Below, one piece after another: positions 1-12,759 of a stretch of 32,472 nucleotides of DNA. Position 1 is the first letter of the stretch. Each line of letters starts with the position of its first letter. The translations under genes and the position numbers were made by a program. The notes below the pieces were generated by a model that was not told the DNA's origin, ran no database searches, and was given only the letters and a program-made list of their open reading frames with translations. The stretch covers positions 1,364,055 through 1,396,526 of the forward strand of contig BCKQ01000002.1 of NCBI GenBank assembly GCA_001600695.1, written 5' to 3'. The stretch is from Ascoidea asiatica JCM 7603 (taxonomy: Eukaryota > Fungi > Ascomycota).

Positions 1-840
1 TTTTTTTGTTTTTTTTTTTGTTTTTTATTTTTTGTTTTTTGTTTTTTGTTGATTTTTTTTTTTTTGATTTTAAAAAATTGAATTGAAATTCTTCTTTAAT
101 AATAACTAATATTGAACAAAATAATTTTTACAATTAATTGAAAAAAATTAAAATATAAAATAAAATAAAAATAAAATAAAAATAAAAATATAAAAAGGAA
201 AAGATATAAAATATAAAATATGTAATAGTTTTAGATAAAAAAAGATAAGAAAAAAAAATGAAAGATATTAAAAAAATAAAAAAATTAGAAAAATAATAAA
301 TGTATCCCAGAATTAATTGAAAAAAATATTCACCTTTTTAAAAAATGAAAAAAAAATAACACGAAAATAAGAAAATATGAAAATATGAAAATATGAAAAT
401 ATGAAAATATGAAAATATGAAAATAAGTAAAAGAGATGTAAAAGAGATGTAAAATAAAAATAAGAACAATAACAAGATAAAGAAAAGTATAAGTATTAGC
501 AATAATAGCATATAAATTTTATTTTTCATAAAAAAAAAACCCAAGGAATTTTAGAAATAAATAAATTAATGAATCAATTAATAAATAAATGAATGAAGTT
601 TGAAAAAAAAAAAGTTAAATTGAAATAGAAAATTTTAAACAATTTTGTTTTATTGTTTTTTTTTTTTTTCATAATCTTATCGTTTTCATAAATCATAATA
701 AATCATGAATAGATAAAAAGCAATAAAATCATTTCTAACAAAGAAAATAATGAGAATGAAGTAGAATGAAAAAAGGAAGAAAAAAGAAGAAAAAAATTGA
801 TGCAGATCTAATGCTGGATGAAGAAAAACTAAAAAACTTA
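1..840. repeat. Low-complexity A/T-rich intergenic DNA 3' of BAS1, with short tandem repeats
   Basis: T-rich tract 1-70; (AAAAT)n around 155-190; (GAAAATAT)x6 at 371-418; (GTAAAAGAGAT)x2.5 at 427-454. Confidence 0.85.
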
Positions 841-887
841 TTAAACATTGTCAAAATGAAAAGAAAATGAAAAAGAGAGAAATTGTA

Positions 888-942
888 GAAACTTTGTAAA
901 AACTTTGTAAAAACCTTGTAAAAACCTTGTAAAAACCTTGTA
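888..942. repeat. 11-bp tandem repeat (RAAACYTTGTA)x5 just 3' of the BAS1 stop codon
   Basis: Read directly: gaaactttgta aaaactttgta aaaaccttgta aaaaccttgta aaaaccttgta. Confidence 0.95.
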
Positions 943-952
943 GAAAAAAAAA

Positions 953-1741
953 CTATGATGGATTGAAAGGTACTGCAAACAGGTTATTTTGAGCTGAATC
1001 ATCCCCTTCATCAATTGAAGGATAATATAACCCACATGATTCAAAAACACTTGAAGCTGGTGGTAATCCATTTGAATTACTTGTAATATTATTATTATTA
1101 TTAATGTTATTAATATTATTAACATTAACGTTATTAACATTATTAACATTATTATTAATATTATCATTAACATTAGTCTCAAAATGTAATGGATGATGTT
1201 GAGATACTGTTCCATTATTTGGGTAACATGAAAATGGTGAAATATTATATCCATTAACATTATTTGTTGAAATATTTACATTAGAATTAGGTTGATTATA
1301 TGAATTAATTTGTGTCAGATTTCCTAATGTTTCCCAAAAATCATATGATCCTTCTGGATCTTCTTCAGGAACTGTAATTCTATTTTTTTGTTCACTAATT
1401 GTAATATTACTACCATTACGTAAATAATTATTACGTGCTGGTGAATAAATACTTGAAGCTGCAGTTGTATCATCTGCTAAATTTCTTCCATTCATATATG
1501 TTGCTGAAGCTGGTGATCGACTACTTGATTTTGATGATCCTAATGATGAAAATGATCCTCTTCTTGTTTTTGGTGTAGATAATGAAGGTCTTTTATGAAT
1601 TCCATTAATACTACCTCCAACTGATGACAGTTTTCTTCTTGAATTAGAATTTCTTTCAATAAATGTAGCATTTAAAAGTTTATTAATACTTCCATTATTT
1701 GAATAATTTGAGTTAGAGTTGATATTAGAATTAATATTAGA

Positions 1742-1805
<64 letters not shown>

Positions 1806-2711
1806 GTACTATTATTATTCAAATTAACAGAATTATTTATAGAATTATTCACATTATTATTAATTTCACCACCAATATTAGTATTAATATTAAGTCCATT
1901 AACGTTTTCAATTCCTTTAGATTGATTAATTGAATTAGATGATAATAATTTTGGAGTATCAAGATCTAAAACATTAAAATGGCTTTGTCTATGTACAGAA
2001 AGATCATTGATAGAAGGTGGAACAGAAAAATTTTGAGATACATCAGTTGGAGATCCTGAATTTCTAGAAGGAACAACAATATTAACTTTTAAATTATATT
2101 CTTTACATTTTTCAACTAAACTTTGAATCATTTCAGGGGAGCTTATTGAACCAGTAGAAGTACCTTGAAATCCATTTTCATTCACGTTACCAGAACCATT
2201 ACCATTTCCATTACCAGTGAAATTATTAAAATTATTATTTTGATTTATTAAAGGTAAAAAACTTTGAGGAAAATTTGGAGCTGTAGTTGTAGTAGTATTA
2301 AATTGACTTGCAGCTTCCATTAATTTATTAAAATCAATCATGTTATTATTTTCATCTTGAATATAAACTTGACTTTCAGAATTTGTAGTTGTAAGCTGTT
2401 GAGATTTTAAATTATCTAAAGAAAATGAATCAGAAAGAATCATATTTGGATTCAAATTTTTATTTAACTCATCTAAGTTTACACTAGTTAAGTTAGTTGG
2501 ATACATTAAAGGTACTGTATTTGCATCATTATTATTTAAAGAAATAGTGTTCATATTATTAATGTTATTCATATTACTAAAATTGTTGAAAGTTTTTAAA
2601 TTATTCATGTTCATATTATTGAAAGAAGTTAAATTGTTAATATTACTCATATTGTTTATATTGTTCATGTTATTTATATTATTCATATTATTTAAAGCAT
2701 TTATATGATTA

Positions 2712-2746
<35 letters not shown>

Positions 2747-4678
2747 ATCAGATAAATTAAATGCATTTGTAGTATTTTGAAATTGATTATTATTTACTTG
2801 TTGATTTATAGATTGATTGAAAGATTGAGTTAAAGATTGATTCATAGATTGATATAAATTAATATCATTAGTAGATAAAGGATTTCCATTATTTATAGTT
2901 GTTAATGGAGAATTAGTTACTAAATTATTTTGAAATCTTCTTGCTAAATTTGTAACAGGAGTTGAATATGAAGATAAACTTGTACCAGATTCAAATTGTA
3001 ATTGACTTGGAGTTGGAATTGAAGTTCTCTTAGTTGTATTTGGAGCACTTAAACTCATATTAACAGTAGAAGTATCAATTACTAATCTTTTATTACATAT
3101 TGGTAAAGAAGCAACAGAAGCAGGTCTTGATAATTGATTTGGTAAATCATTGAAAGCAGGTGTTATTGAATCTTTTGGAGTAGTTGGAATATTTGAATTT
3201 GACGTCACACTATTATTATTATTATTATTATTAGCATTAGCATTAGAAATTTCATTGTTATTATCTATAATAGTTGTTATTTTTGTATTATTATCATTTG
3301 ATTTTGAATTATTTGTAATTAACAGCAGATTTGGATTTAATTTTTTAAGAGATTCAACTTCTTTTTTAATAATTGGATTTGCTTTTTTTCTTATAACATC
3401 AGTTACAATTTTTCTCCATCTATTTCTACAAGTTAATGAAGGTCTACTTTTCATTTCTAAAGATATTGTTCTCCATTTAGTACCATAAGTTTTAACTTTT
3501 GAAATTAATAATAAATCTTCATCAATTGGCCATGGTCTTAATCTATCTTTTGTAATTGAAGGATCAAGAACTTCAATATATCTTTTTGCACATTGATCAT
3601 CAGTTCTACCAGGAATTTCTAAAGAAACTTTTTGCCAAGAAGCACCATGTTTTTTATAAGCTTTTAATAATAAACTATCTTCACCATCAGTCCATTTACC
3701 TTTTCTTAAACTTGGATCTAAAGAATTTGACCATCTTTTACGACAATCTTTTGGTTTTCTATTTGGTAATTCTTTTGCAATTGCATCCCAAGTTATTAAA
3801 TCATTATAAGAAGATTTACCAGGTAAAGCTTTATTTGTCATTTGAGAAAAAGAATTTATATTTTGATTTGAATTTGAATTTGAATTTGAATTTGAAATTG
3901 AATTAGAAATTGAAATTGAGTTAATATTTGATAAATTAGATTGAAAATCATTTTGCTGTATATTTTCATTTGAATTTTCATTAGAGTTATTATTTGTACT
4001 TGTATTTATATTTGTATTTGTATTTGTATTTGTATTTGTACTTAAGTTTTTATTTGAGTTAATATCTTTATTTAAATTTTTCTTTTTATTATTAATATTA
4101 TCAATTATGCATATACCAAATTCACTTAAAGCCTTTTCAACAGAAGTTTTTAATTTAAAATCTTCTTCTTTTGTCCATGGTTTTCTTGATTCTCTTCTGA
4201 AAGTTTGATAACCTAAAGATTCAGTAACTAATAAAGGATCAATTGGATTTGGTTGTCTTTTTGAATGTCTTTTTGCTTTAACTTTTTTAATAGTAGTTTT
4301 AATTGGATTTGAGATTATTGAATTCTCTATATTATTTTTAGTATTTATATTACCTATAAGATTATTATTGTTATTATTATTGTTATTTGATTTAGATATT
4401 AAGTCTGAAGATATAGATGTATTTAAAGTTGAGGGTATATTTTGAGATTTAATTTGGGTATTAGTTATATTAGAAGTTGTAGTTGTAGTATTAGTATTAG
4501 TATTAGTATTAGTACTAGTATTTGTATTGGATATAGGAGTAGAAGATATAATACTTGATAAATTGCTTGAAACAGAAGCATTGGTAATACTTGGATCAAT
4601 ATTACTTATTGATATTGTATTATTGTTATTGTTATTATTATTATTATTATTATTATTGTTATTATTATTTAATACCAT
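953..4678 (-). CDS. BAS1: Myb-family transcription factor Bas1 (purine/histidine biosynthesis regulator), 1241 aa, Asn-expanded
   Basis: Three Trp-spaced Myb repeats (PWTKEED...WDAIAKELPNRKPKDCRKRW; LDPSLRKGKWTDGEDSLL...GRTDDQCAKRY; RLRPWPIDEDLLLISKVKTYGTKWRTIS...RPSLTCRNRWRK) preceded by VTESLGYQT, all closely matching remembered S. cerevisiae Bas1; downstream islands HRQSHFNVL, DFWETL and terminal PFNPS also resemble yeast Bas1. ATG at 4678-4676. Confidence 0.93.
1742..1804 (-). repeat. Coding (AAT)21 microsatellite, poly-Asn in Bas1
   Basis: Perfect ATT run on + strand, in the Asn frame of the minus-strand ORF; further poly-Asn runs near 2710-2742, 3212-3232 and 4619-4669. Confidence 0.95.
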
Positions 4679-7199
4679 TGTTTTATTATTGATAGTTTAT
4701 TTAATTCTTTGATTCGTTTCTTTTTTCTTTTTTCTTTTATTATTGTTATTGTTTTTTTTTTTAAATTTTCTTTTAATAAGAAGATTAAATGATATGCTAT
4801 ATTATTGAAGAATTAATTTTGAAAATAAATATATAAATTGAATAGATTAGATTATGAAAAGTATTTAAGTAAAAATTTAATTTTTATTGATAATTTTAAT
4901 TAAATGATTTAAGAAAAGAAGATTTTTAGTTTAAACGGAGAAAATAGGAGAATTGTGAAGTTTGGTAACGTTAAGTATGGTAAAAGTTGTAAAAGTTGTA
5001 AAGGCTGTAAAGTAAAGGCTGTAAAAACAGTGCGGTAAGTTTTCTTAGACAAATTAGAATTAGACGATAAATTGTTATTAAATATTATTAAATATTATTA
5101 TATTTATTATTATATTTATTATTATGTTAAATGATTATTAAATAATATATAATATAATATATTGTATTGAATAATGTTGAGTAAATTTGATTTGATTTGA
5201 TTTGAATTGATTTGAATGGATGGAGTGATATGAATAAAATGGATTGGAAAAGAGGAATAATAAAGAATATAATAATGGATAAGTAATGATAATGATAATG
5301 ATATTATATATTATATTATATTATATTATTATATTATTATATTATTTTTTTTATTTCTTTATATATTTGATTATATTAAAATTGATTTAAATATGATCAA
5401 AATGAATATGATATATATTATATTATATTATATTATAATATGATTGATTGATTGATTGATTGATAAGGTATCTTGTTGAATTAGTAAATTATAGATTTAT
5501 AAGTTTATATATTAAATAGATTAAATAGATTAGATATATTGAATGTATTATATATATTGAATTTATTATATATATTATATTATATTATATGTATATATTA
5601 TATTATATTGTTAAATAATTTAGTAAGAATAAGATAGATCAAAATAAAAGAAGAAAGAAAGAAAAGAAAAGAAGAGAAGAAAAGAAGAAATTTTAAAAAT
5701 TAAAATAATGAATTTTTTAAAGAAATTAGTTTAGATATATACAATTGTACAGTGAGATAAATGATTCAAAAGATCAAATATTGTATATCAATTCTTAACT
5801 ATTAACTATTAACTATTAACTTTCAAATAACAAATATTAGAGATCAAAGATCAAAGATCAAATTAAGTATAAGTATAACTGTAACTATTAGTGTTATTAG
5901 TGTTATTAGTGGTTGTATTACATAACACAGTAAGGTTGATTAAAAGAATTGAATAAATTGTTGAGAATCTGAAATTGAACTAACATTTGATTATTAAAAT
6001 TCTTATTTTTTTTTATTATTCTTTTTGTTTGTTATTTAAATATGATTAAAGTGATTGTGATTGTGATTGTATTGGTAATATTGATAATAAAGGTATGAGT
6101 AATTAGATCCTTGAATAGGTAGACTAGTATGGATGGTTGTTTGATTTTTGGTTGGTTAATTAGTTATTTACTTGGATAGTTGGTTGGTTATAATTAAAAA
6201 AAGGCACATTAAATATAATTAGTATTAGTATTAATGGAAATGGAAATGAAAATGGAAAGGGAAATATAAATAAATATAAAGAAATATTAATAACAATAAG
6301 TTAGAAATAATAAAATTATATAATATTCCAATATTCAAATATTCCAATAATCTAATAATCTAATATTCAAACTGTAGTAATAATAATAACGGTTTACAAA
6401 ATATTGAAATGAATAAAAGGAAATATAAAATATTAAGAGAAGATCAAAAGGAAATCATTAATAATAGTGTAAATATTATTGTAAATATTATTGTAAATAT
6501 TATTGTAAATGTTATTGTAATTGTTATTGTAATTGAATAAAGATGAATAAATTGAACCTGATTTTTAAAAAGATTTTAACAAATATTATATTATTTTCAT
6601 ATTATTATTTCGATATTAATACAGATCTTAGAAATAAATCTTAGAAACAGATTTATTAATAATAATATTTGTTAAACAAGTAGCGGTTATTATTGAAATA
6701 GGAAACGATTATTAATAAGTTATATATTTATTTATTTATTTATTTACTTATTTATTTCATATTCAAATATAAAACTAAATTGAAATTGATTCTCATTTGA
6801 TTCTCATTTGATTCTCGATTGATTTGAAATAGTAATATAAATGAGATTTATTTAATTTAATTTAGTTTAAACTAGTTTGAATTTAATTGAATTGAATTTA
6901 TCTTAGTTGAAATGAAATGAAATGGAAAAAGGATAAAATAACAAGTATCAGTTTCTAATAAAGAGGAATTTATTAAAATGAATTTAAATGATTAAGTTAA
7001 AGATAAATAATAAATATAAATTTTAACTCTGATCAATTTCATAAATAATTATTAAATAATAAATGAATAAAAAGTGAATAAAAAATGATAAGATTTTAAA
7101 ACGAGAAAGAGTTAAAAAAAAAAAGTAGCTTTAATAATAATATTTAGCACTGTTTTACTCGTCCCCTATTTTTGATCCAGTTACAATAATATTATAATA

Positions 7200-7660
7200 T
7201 TCACTTAGCTGTTCCACACTCCGGCGCCAGTTCCTCGCCGCCGATGACCAAATCTCACAAAGTCTCGAGCTAATTCCAGTAGCAAATGTTAAACCTCAAC
7301 CACCGGTAACCGGTCTCAACACCAACCAACTAGCCACATATTGTGTGGCCCACACAATCTACTAGCCACGTTATCCTAAAAGTACCGCACTTCTGGTCTC
7401 AAAATTCAACAATGGTCATGTGACTGTTTTGGTTTTCTGGTTGTGCAGCTGGGTACGCGCTGGGTACGCCTGCCTACCTCTTTTTGCCTGCGCCCGAGTG
7501 CTTCTGCTTTCCCCCCTTACGCCTGGATTGCCAGAGATATCCCACGGTAATAACAATACAATAATACAATACAATAATACAATACAATAATACAATACAG
7601 TGCTGCTGGAGATACGTTTCTTACTTTTGACTGGAGTAATTTTCACTGATTGGTTTGCAA
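7200..7660. promoter_or_regulatory. GC-rich island, probable shared upstream regulatory region of divergent BAS1 and the 7923 ORF
   Basis: Roughly balanced base composition with many CpGs inside extremely AT-rich DNA; URS1-like TCGCCGCCGA 7235-7244, E-box-like dyad GTCATGTGAC 7415-7424, tandem GCTGGGTACGC x2 7448-7469. Regulatory role is inferred. Confidence 0.6.
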
Positions 7661-7922
7661 CCTATTTATTATTTCATATCTCATATCTCATATCTCATAT
7701 CTAATATCTAATATTTCATATATTTCAAACTTCAATTCAATAATACCTTTATCAATATCAATATCAATATTATAATAATAATCCTAATTATCTTTTATCA
7801 AATCCCTAAATATCCCATATCTCATATCCCATATTCAATATTCAATATTCAAATTCTTTATGATTTCTTGAAACGCTGAATATATCTTCAATTAATCTAT
7901 ATTATTAGATTATCATTTAATA

Positions 7923-9139
7923 ATGGGGTTTTTAAAATCAATTAAAAGAAGATTTTCTCATTCAACAAATACAAATAATACAACCAATAATACAAATAAT
8001 CTAAGCGCTAATATAAATAATTCAAATAATTTAAATAATAAAAAATCAAGTAAGAAATTATTTAATTCTCAATCTCAATTTGATAATAATCTTGAAATTA
8101 AAATTAATAATCCTCATTTAATTTCAAATAAAAATTCAAATAAAAATTTAAATAAAAATTTAAATAAAAAATTAAATAAAAATACTACTACCGCTACCGC
8201 TACCGCTACTAAAAATAATAACAACAATAATGATAATAAAATTAATATAAAAGAAAATAAAAGTAAATCAAAAAGTAAATCTAAGAATAAATTGAAAACT
8301 AAAATTAAATCAAATTCAATTTCAATTTCAAAAACAAAATCAAGATCAAGAGCAAATAGTAAATCAACTTTAACTAATTCAAATTCAATCTCTCACTCAA
8401 ATTCAATCAATAATAATAATATTAATAATATTAATAATATTAATAATAAATCTGTAAGGAAAAGTTTCTCTTTTCATAATTTATCAATTTCAAGATCAAG
8501 ATCAAAATCAAAATCATATAACATTACCAATAATAATAATAATAATAATAATAATGATATTAACAACACTAATATTAATAATAACAATAATCATTTAAAA
8601 TCAAAATCAAAAACAAAATTACCAAATTTACCAAATTTACCAAATAATAGTACCATAACAATCAATAAATATATCAATAACTCAAATTCAATTAAAAATT
8701 CAATAAATAACTCAATAAATAACTCAATTCATAATAATTCTATTACCAATTCAATTCATCATTCAATATCTAATTCAATAAATAATTCAATAAATAATTC
8801 ATTAAATAATTCATTAAATAATTCATTAAATAATTCATTAAATAATTTAAACTCTTTAAGATCAACTCGTTCTGCTCGTTCAATCTCAATTAATGATTTA
8901 GATCAAAACAATTTAAATAATTTAAATGATTTTAATTTAAATAATATCAATGATTTAAGTGATTTAAATGATTTAGATAACTTAGATAATAACTCTTTAA
9001 ACTCAATTAATTCAATTAATTCAATTAAACCAATTGAACCAATAAGTAATAAATCTTCTCCAAATTATAAAGATTTTCCATTATCCAATAATAACAATTA
9101 CAATTACAATTATAACAATAAATATACAAGAAGAAGTTC

Positions 9140-9170
<31 letters not shown>

Positions 9171-9967
9171 CATCATAATCATAGTCATAGTAATCATCAT
9201 CATAATTGTAATAATAGTAGTAATAATAATAGTATAAAAACTAAAATTAGTTTAAAAAATAAAAAAAATTCAAAATTTGAAACTTTAAATAAAAAAAATT
9301 CTTCATATTCTTATAATTCTTATAATTCAAATTCAAATGAATCAACAAATTCATATAATTCTTTTGATTCTTTAGGTAATTCTTTAGGAAATTCTTTAGG
9401 AAATTCATTTAAATCAACTTATACAACTCAAGAAGATGATTTAATTTTAAGAGTTAATACTTTAAAAAAAAAATTACAAAAAAAAAAAAAATTAAGTATA
9501 ATTTATAATTATAATTATAATTTTAATAATAATATTAATCAAAATTTAAATTTAAATTTAAAAATTCCAATTTCAAAAATTCCAATTTTAAAAAAAGATA
9601 TTAATAATAATTTAGAAGTTAAAAGATCAACCTCATTACCAACTTCAAATTCAAATAAAACTTTAAATGAATCTTTAATTCAAAAAAATAAAATTAGAAG
9701 TATAAGTGTTAATACTACAATCAATAATTCAAATAATAATTTAAATAATAATTCAAAGAATAATTTAAAGAATAATACAATAAAGAAAAAACCAAGTAGA
9801 ACAAATTCAGTAGTTTCTTCAAAATCTTTTAAAAATGATCCTTTAAGTATTACAAATGATGAATTATTAAAAGCTCAAAAAGAAATTAAAGATAGAGTTG
9901 CAAAAATTAAAAATAGAATTATAAATTCAGAAAATGATAATTATTATAATAATTCAACTAATACAAC

Positions 9968-10014
<47 letters not shown>

Positions 10015-10607
10015 TAAGTAGAAATGGTAGTAATAGTAGTTATAGAAGACATATTGAATCAAATCCTTCAATTTATTCAACACAATCATATTATAGAACA
10101 ATAAATAAACATTCACGTACTCCTTCTGAGAATAGTTCATTTGTTAGAGTATCTAATAGTCAATTAGTAAATGATAATAATGAGAATTTTGAAGAAGATA
10201 ATTATTATAATAATAATAATATTAGTAATAATAATTATGCAAATTCAATTTCAACATATTCTAAAGGATCTCAAATGAATTATAATTATAAAAATAATAG
10301 TAATAGTAATAGTAATACTAATAATAATACTAATAATAATAATTATAATAATAATAATGATAATTTTTATGGAATAAATGATAGTTCATATTATGAAAAT
10401 TATATAAAATCAAATTCAAGAAGTTCATCAAGAAATTCTTCAAGAAATACATCAAGAAATACATCAAGAAATGTATCTAGGAATAATTCAAAAAATATAT
10501 CTAGAAATACATCAAGAAATGTTTCAAGAAATGTATCAAGATCACATTCAAGAAAAGTTTCAATGGATTCTAAAATTTCATTAAGAGATGATGATAGTTA
10601 TTTTTAA
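7923..10607 (+). CDS. Uncharacterised low-complexity Asn/Ser/Lys-rich protein, 894 aa
   Basis: 2685-nt uninterrupted ORF in DNA where the other frames are full of TAA; all (AAT)n runs are held in the Asn frame; ATG has A at -3 and a G-poor leader. No domain recognised. Confidence 0.8.
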
Positions 10608-11144
10608 AATTAAATTATATATAGTATATATAAATTATGATATGGCTTTTTATTTTTATTTCATTTTTCATTTTTCGTTTTTCGTTTTTCTTTTTTCAAT
10701 TCTTCTTTTCATTCTATGCATTCAATCTTTTTATCTCGTTATTTTTATTCATTTTTTTTTTTATTTTCATTTTTTTTCGTTTTATATAAGTTATAAATTT
10801 TTTATTTCTCATAATTTAAATTAATTTAAAACTTTAATGTTTTTTTTAATTTTAAATCATTTATTTTTCAATTCAAAATTTTTTTTTTTTTTGTTATACA
10901 GTTTATAAAATTTATCAGCTTTAATAAATGTAAATATAAGTTACAAATTTCCTAATCGGGAAAGATTTGAATGGACCCATTGAAATGGTAACTAAAAATA
11001 TAAAAAAACGTAATATGACGTGTGTGTATGTAGTATACACTTGAAAGTACATTAGTACCATTATAATGGAAATTAAATAAGATTTTGAAAGAAAAAAAAA
11101 AAAAATTTATATTTTCAATGGATAAAAAAATTTAAATATGTAAA

Positions 11145-11155
11145 TGAAAAATTTT
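11145..11155 (+). promoter_or_regulatory. RRPE ribosome-biogenesis element
   Basis: TGAAAAATTTT, ~130 bp upstream of the CIC1 ATG; matches the yeast RRPE consensus and the gene class, but the motif is AT-rich so chance occurrence is possible. Confidence 0.6.
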
Positions 11156-11286
11156 TGAAATTTCAAGGTTATATTTATATATTTATATTTGTTAATAATA
11201 TATTTATATTTGATAAAATTTTTGTAATTGTATTTATATTTGTATATATAATCACATAATCTCTTTTCTAGTAATTATTTTTAAAA

Positions 11287-12636
11287 ATGGGATCAAAAAC
11301 AAGTAATAAAACTAAAGATATTAAAAAAGTTAATGAAGTTAATGAAGTTAATGAAGTTAATGAAGTTAATGAATTATTAATTAAAGATGAAGTTTTAAAG
11401 AAAGCAATTGAAGAACTTGAGAAATATATTAAAAGAGAAGAAGAAAAAAAAGAAGATAATAATAATAAAAAAAATAAATTATTTGATGAAGATGATAATT
11501 TAAATTTTAAAACAATGTTTTTAAATATTCAATTTAAAAAAACAATTTCACATAAAGAAAATTTTAAAAAAAATTTAATTAAATTACCAAATTCAATTTA
11601 TTCAAATAATGAAAAAGATATTAAAATTTGTTTAATTATTAGAGATATTAAAGATAATGAAAATAATAATAAAGATAATGAAGAAGAATTATATAAAGAA
11701 ATAAAAAATTTAAAAAAAATATATAAAATTTCAGAATTTTTAAAAATTAAATCATTTGAACAAAAAAGAGAATTTTTTAAAAAATTTAATTTAATTTTAA
11801 TTGATGATAATTTAATTAGAATGATACCAAAATTATTTAATAATGAAATTTATGGAGGAGAATTAAAGAAAAAAAAAAATTTAATAAAAATTCCAATATT
11901 AATAAAATTATTTAATAATAATGGAAATTTAAAATTAATTAAGAATATAAAATTTGAAATTTTAAATAAAATTCTTAAAAGTACATTTTTTATTAAAAAT
12001 TTTGGTAATAATTTAAATATAATTATTGGAAATTTTAATAATTTAAATAAAGAAGAAATTTTTGAAAATTTAAAAATTATTTTATTTGAAATTTATAATA
12101 AATTTGAAAATAATAATATTAATAATAATGAAATTAGATCAATTCATTTAAAATTAGATGAATCACCATCATTACCATTATATTATTCTAAAGAATTATT
12201 TTCATCATCAAAAAGTAATGAGAATAATAATAAAGAAGAAGAGAATAAAGAAGAAGAAGAAGAAGGAGATGAAGAAATTTATGAAAAGAATAATATTCCA
12301 AAAGAATTTAAATTAAGTAGTTTTGAAAAAGGATTATTAGAATTAGGTGAATTTGAAGGTACACCAGAATTTTTAAATAAAAAAGTTAAGAAATTTAATA
12401 AGAATAAAAAAGTAGAACTTAAACGTAAACTTAAAAATAAGAAAAGAAAACATGAGATTGTTGAAAATGAAGAAAATGAAGAAAATGAAGAAAATGAAGA
12501 AAAAGAAATAAAAAAGAAGAAAGAGATAAGTGAAGGTGAAAAAGAAAGTAAAAGTAATGAAGTAGTTAAAGAGAATGAAAAGAGTAAGAAGAATAAGAAA
12601 AGTAAGAAGAATAAGAAGAAGAGTAAAACTAATTAG
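11287..12636 (+). CDS. CIC1: Ribosomal L1-domain nucleolar pre-60S factor Cic1/Nsa3, 449 aa
   Basis: L1-domain family motifs ICLIIRD, KSFEQKREFFKKFNLILIDD..IPKLF, IRSIHLKLDESPSLPLY; NKLFDEDD and LSSFEKGLLEL resemble Cic1 rather than the shorter Utp30; K/E-rich tail; upstream RRPE. Confidence 0.78.
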   Translation: MGSKTSNKTKDIKKVNEVNEVNEVNEVNELLIKDEVLKKAIEELEKYIKREEEKKEDNNNKKNKLFDEDDNLNFKTMFLNIQFKKTISHKENFKKNLIKLPNSIYSNNEKDIKICLIIRDIKDNENNNKDNEEELYKEIKNLKKIYKISEFLKIKSFEQKREFFKKFNLILIDDNLIRMIPKLFNNEIYGGELKKKKNLIKIPILIKLFNNNGNLKLIKNIKFEILNKILKSTFFIKNFGNNLNIIIGNFNNLNKEEIFENLKIILFEIYNKFENNNINNNEIRSIHLKLDESPSLPLYYSKELFSSSKSNENNNKEEENKEEEEEGDEEIYEKNNIPKEFKLSSFEKGLLELGEFEGTPEFLNKKVKKFNKNKKVELKRKLKNKKRKHEIVENEENEENEENEEKEIKKKKEISEGEKESKSNEVVKENEKSKKNKKSKKNKKKSKTN

Positions 12637-12759
12637 AATTGATTAAAGTATCTTCTTTCACCCTAGTTTATATCCAATAGTTATAATAGTTATATAATAG
12701 ATATATAATAGATATATAATAGATATAATAGGTTATATACTCATCATGAGCCAATGACT

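Noticed and set aside
888-942. Regular repeats as a CRISPR array or telomere seed
   Set aside because: No spacers, eukaryotic context, internal location, only five 11-bp units.
338-1260. Short ORFs 338-544 and 841-1260
   Set aside because: Products of repeats or an alternative frame of BAS1 Asn codons; no real protein features.
1719-4712. Poly-Leu ORFs on the + strand (1719, 3150, 3556, 4527)
   Set aside because: Antisense shadows of BAS1 (AAT read as TTA/ATT).
7416-7646. 76-aa minus-strand ORF in the GC island
   Set aside because: Non-ATG start (GTG), crosses a simple repeat, codon usage unlike neighbours; open frame expected from higher GC.
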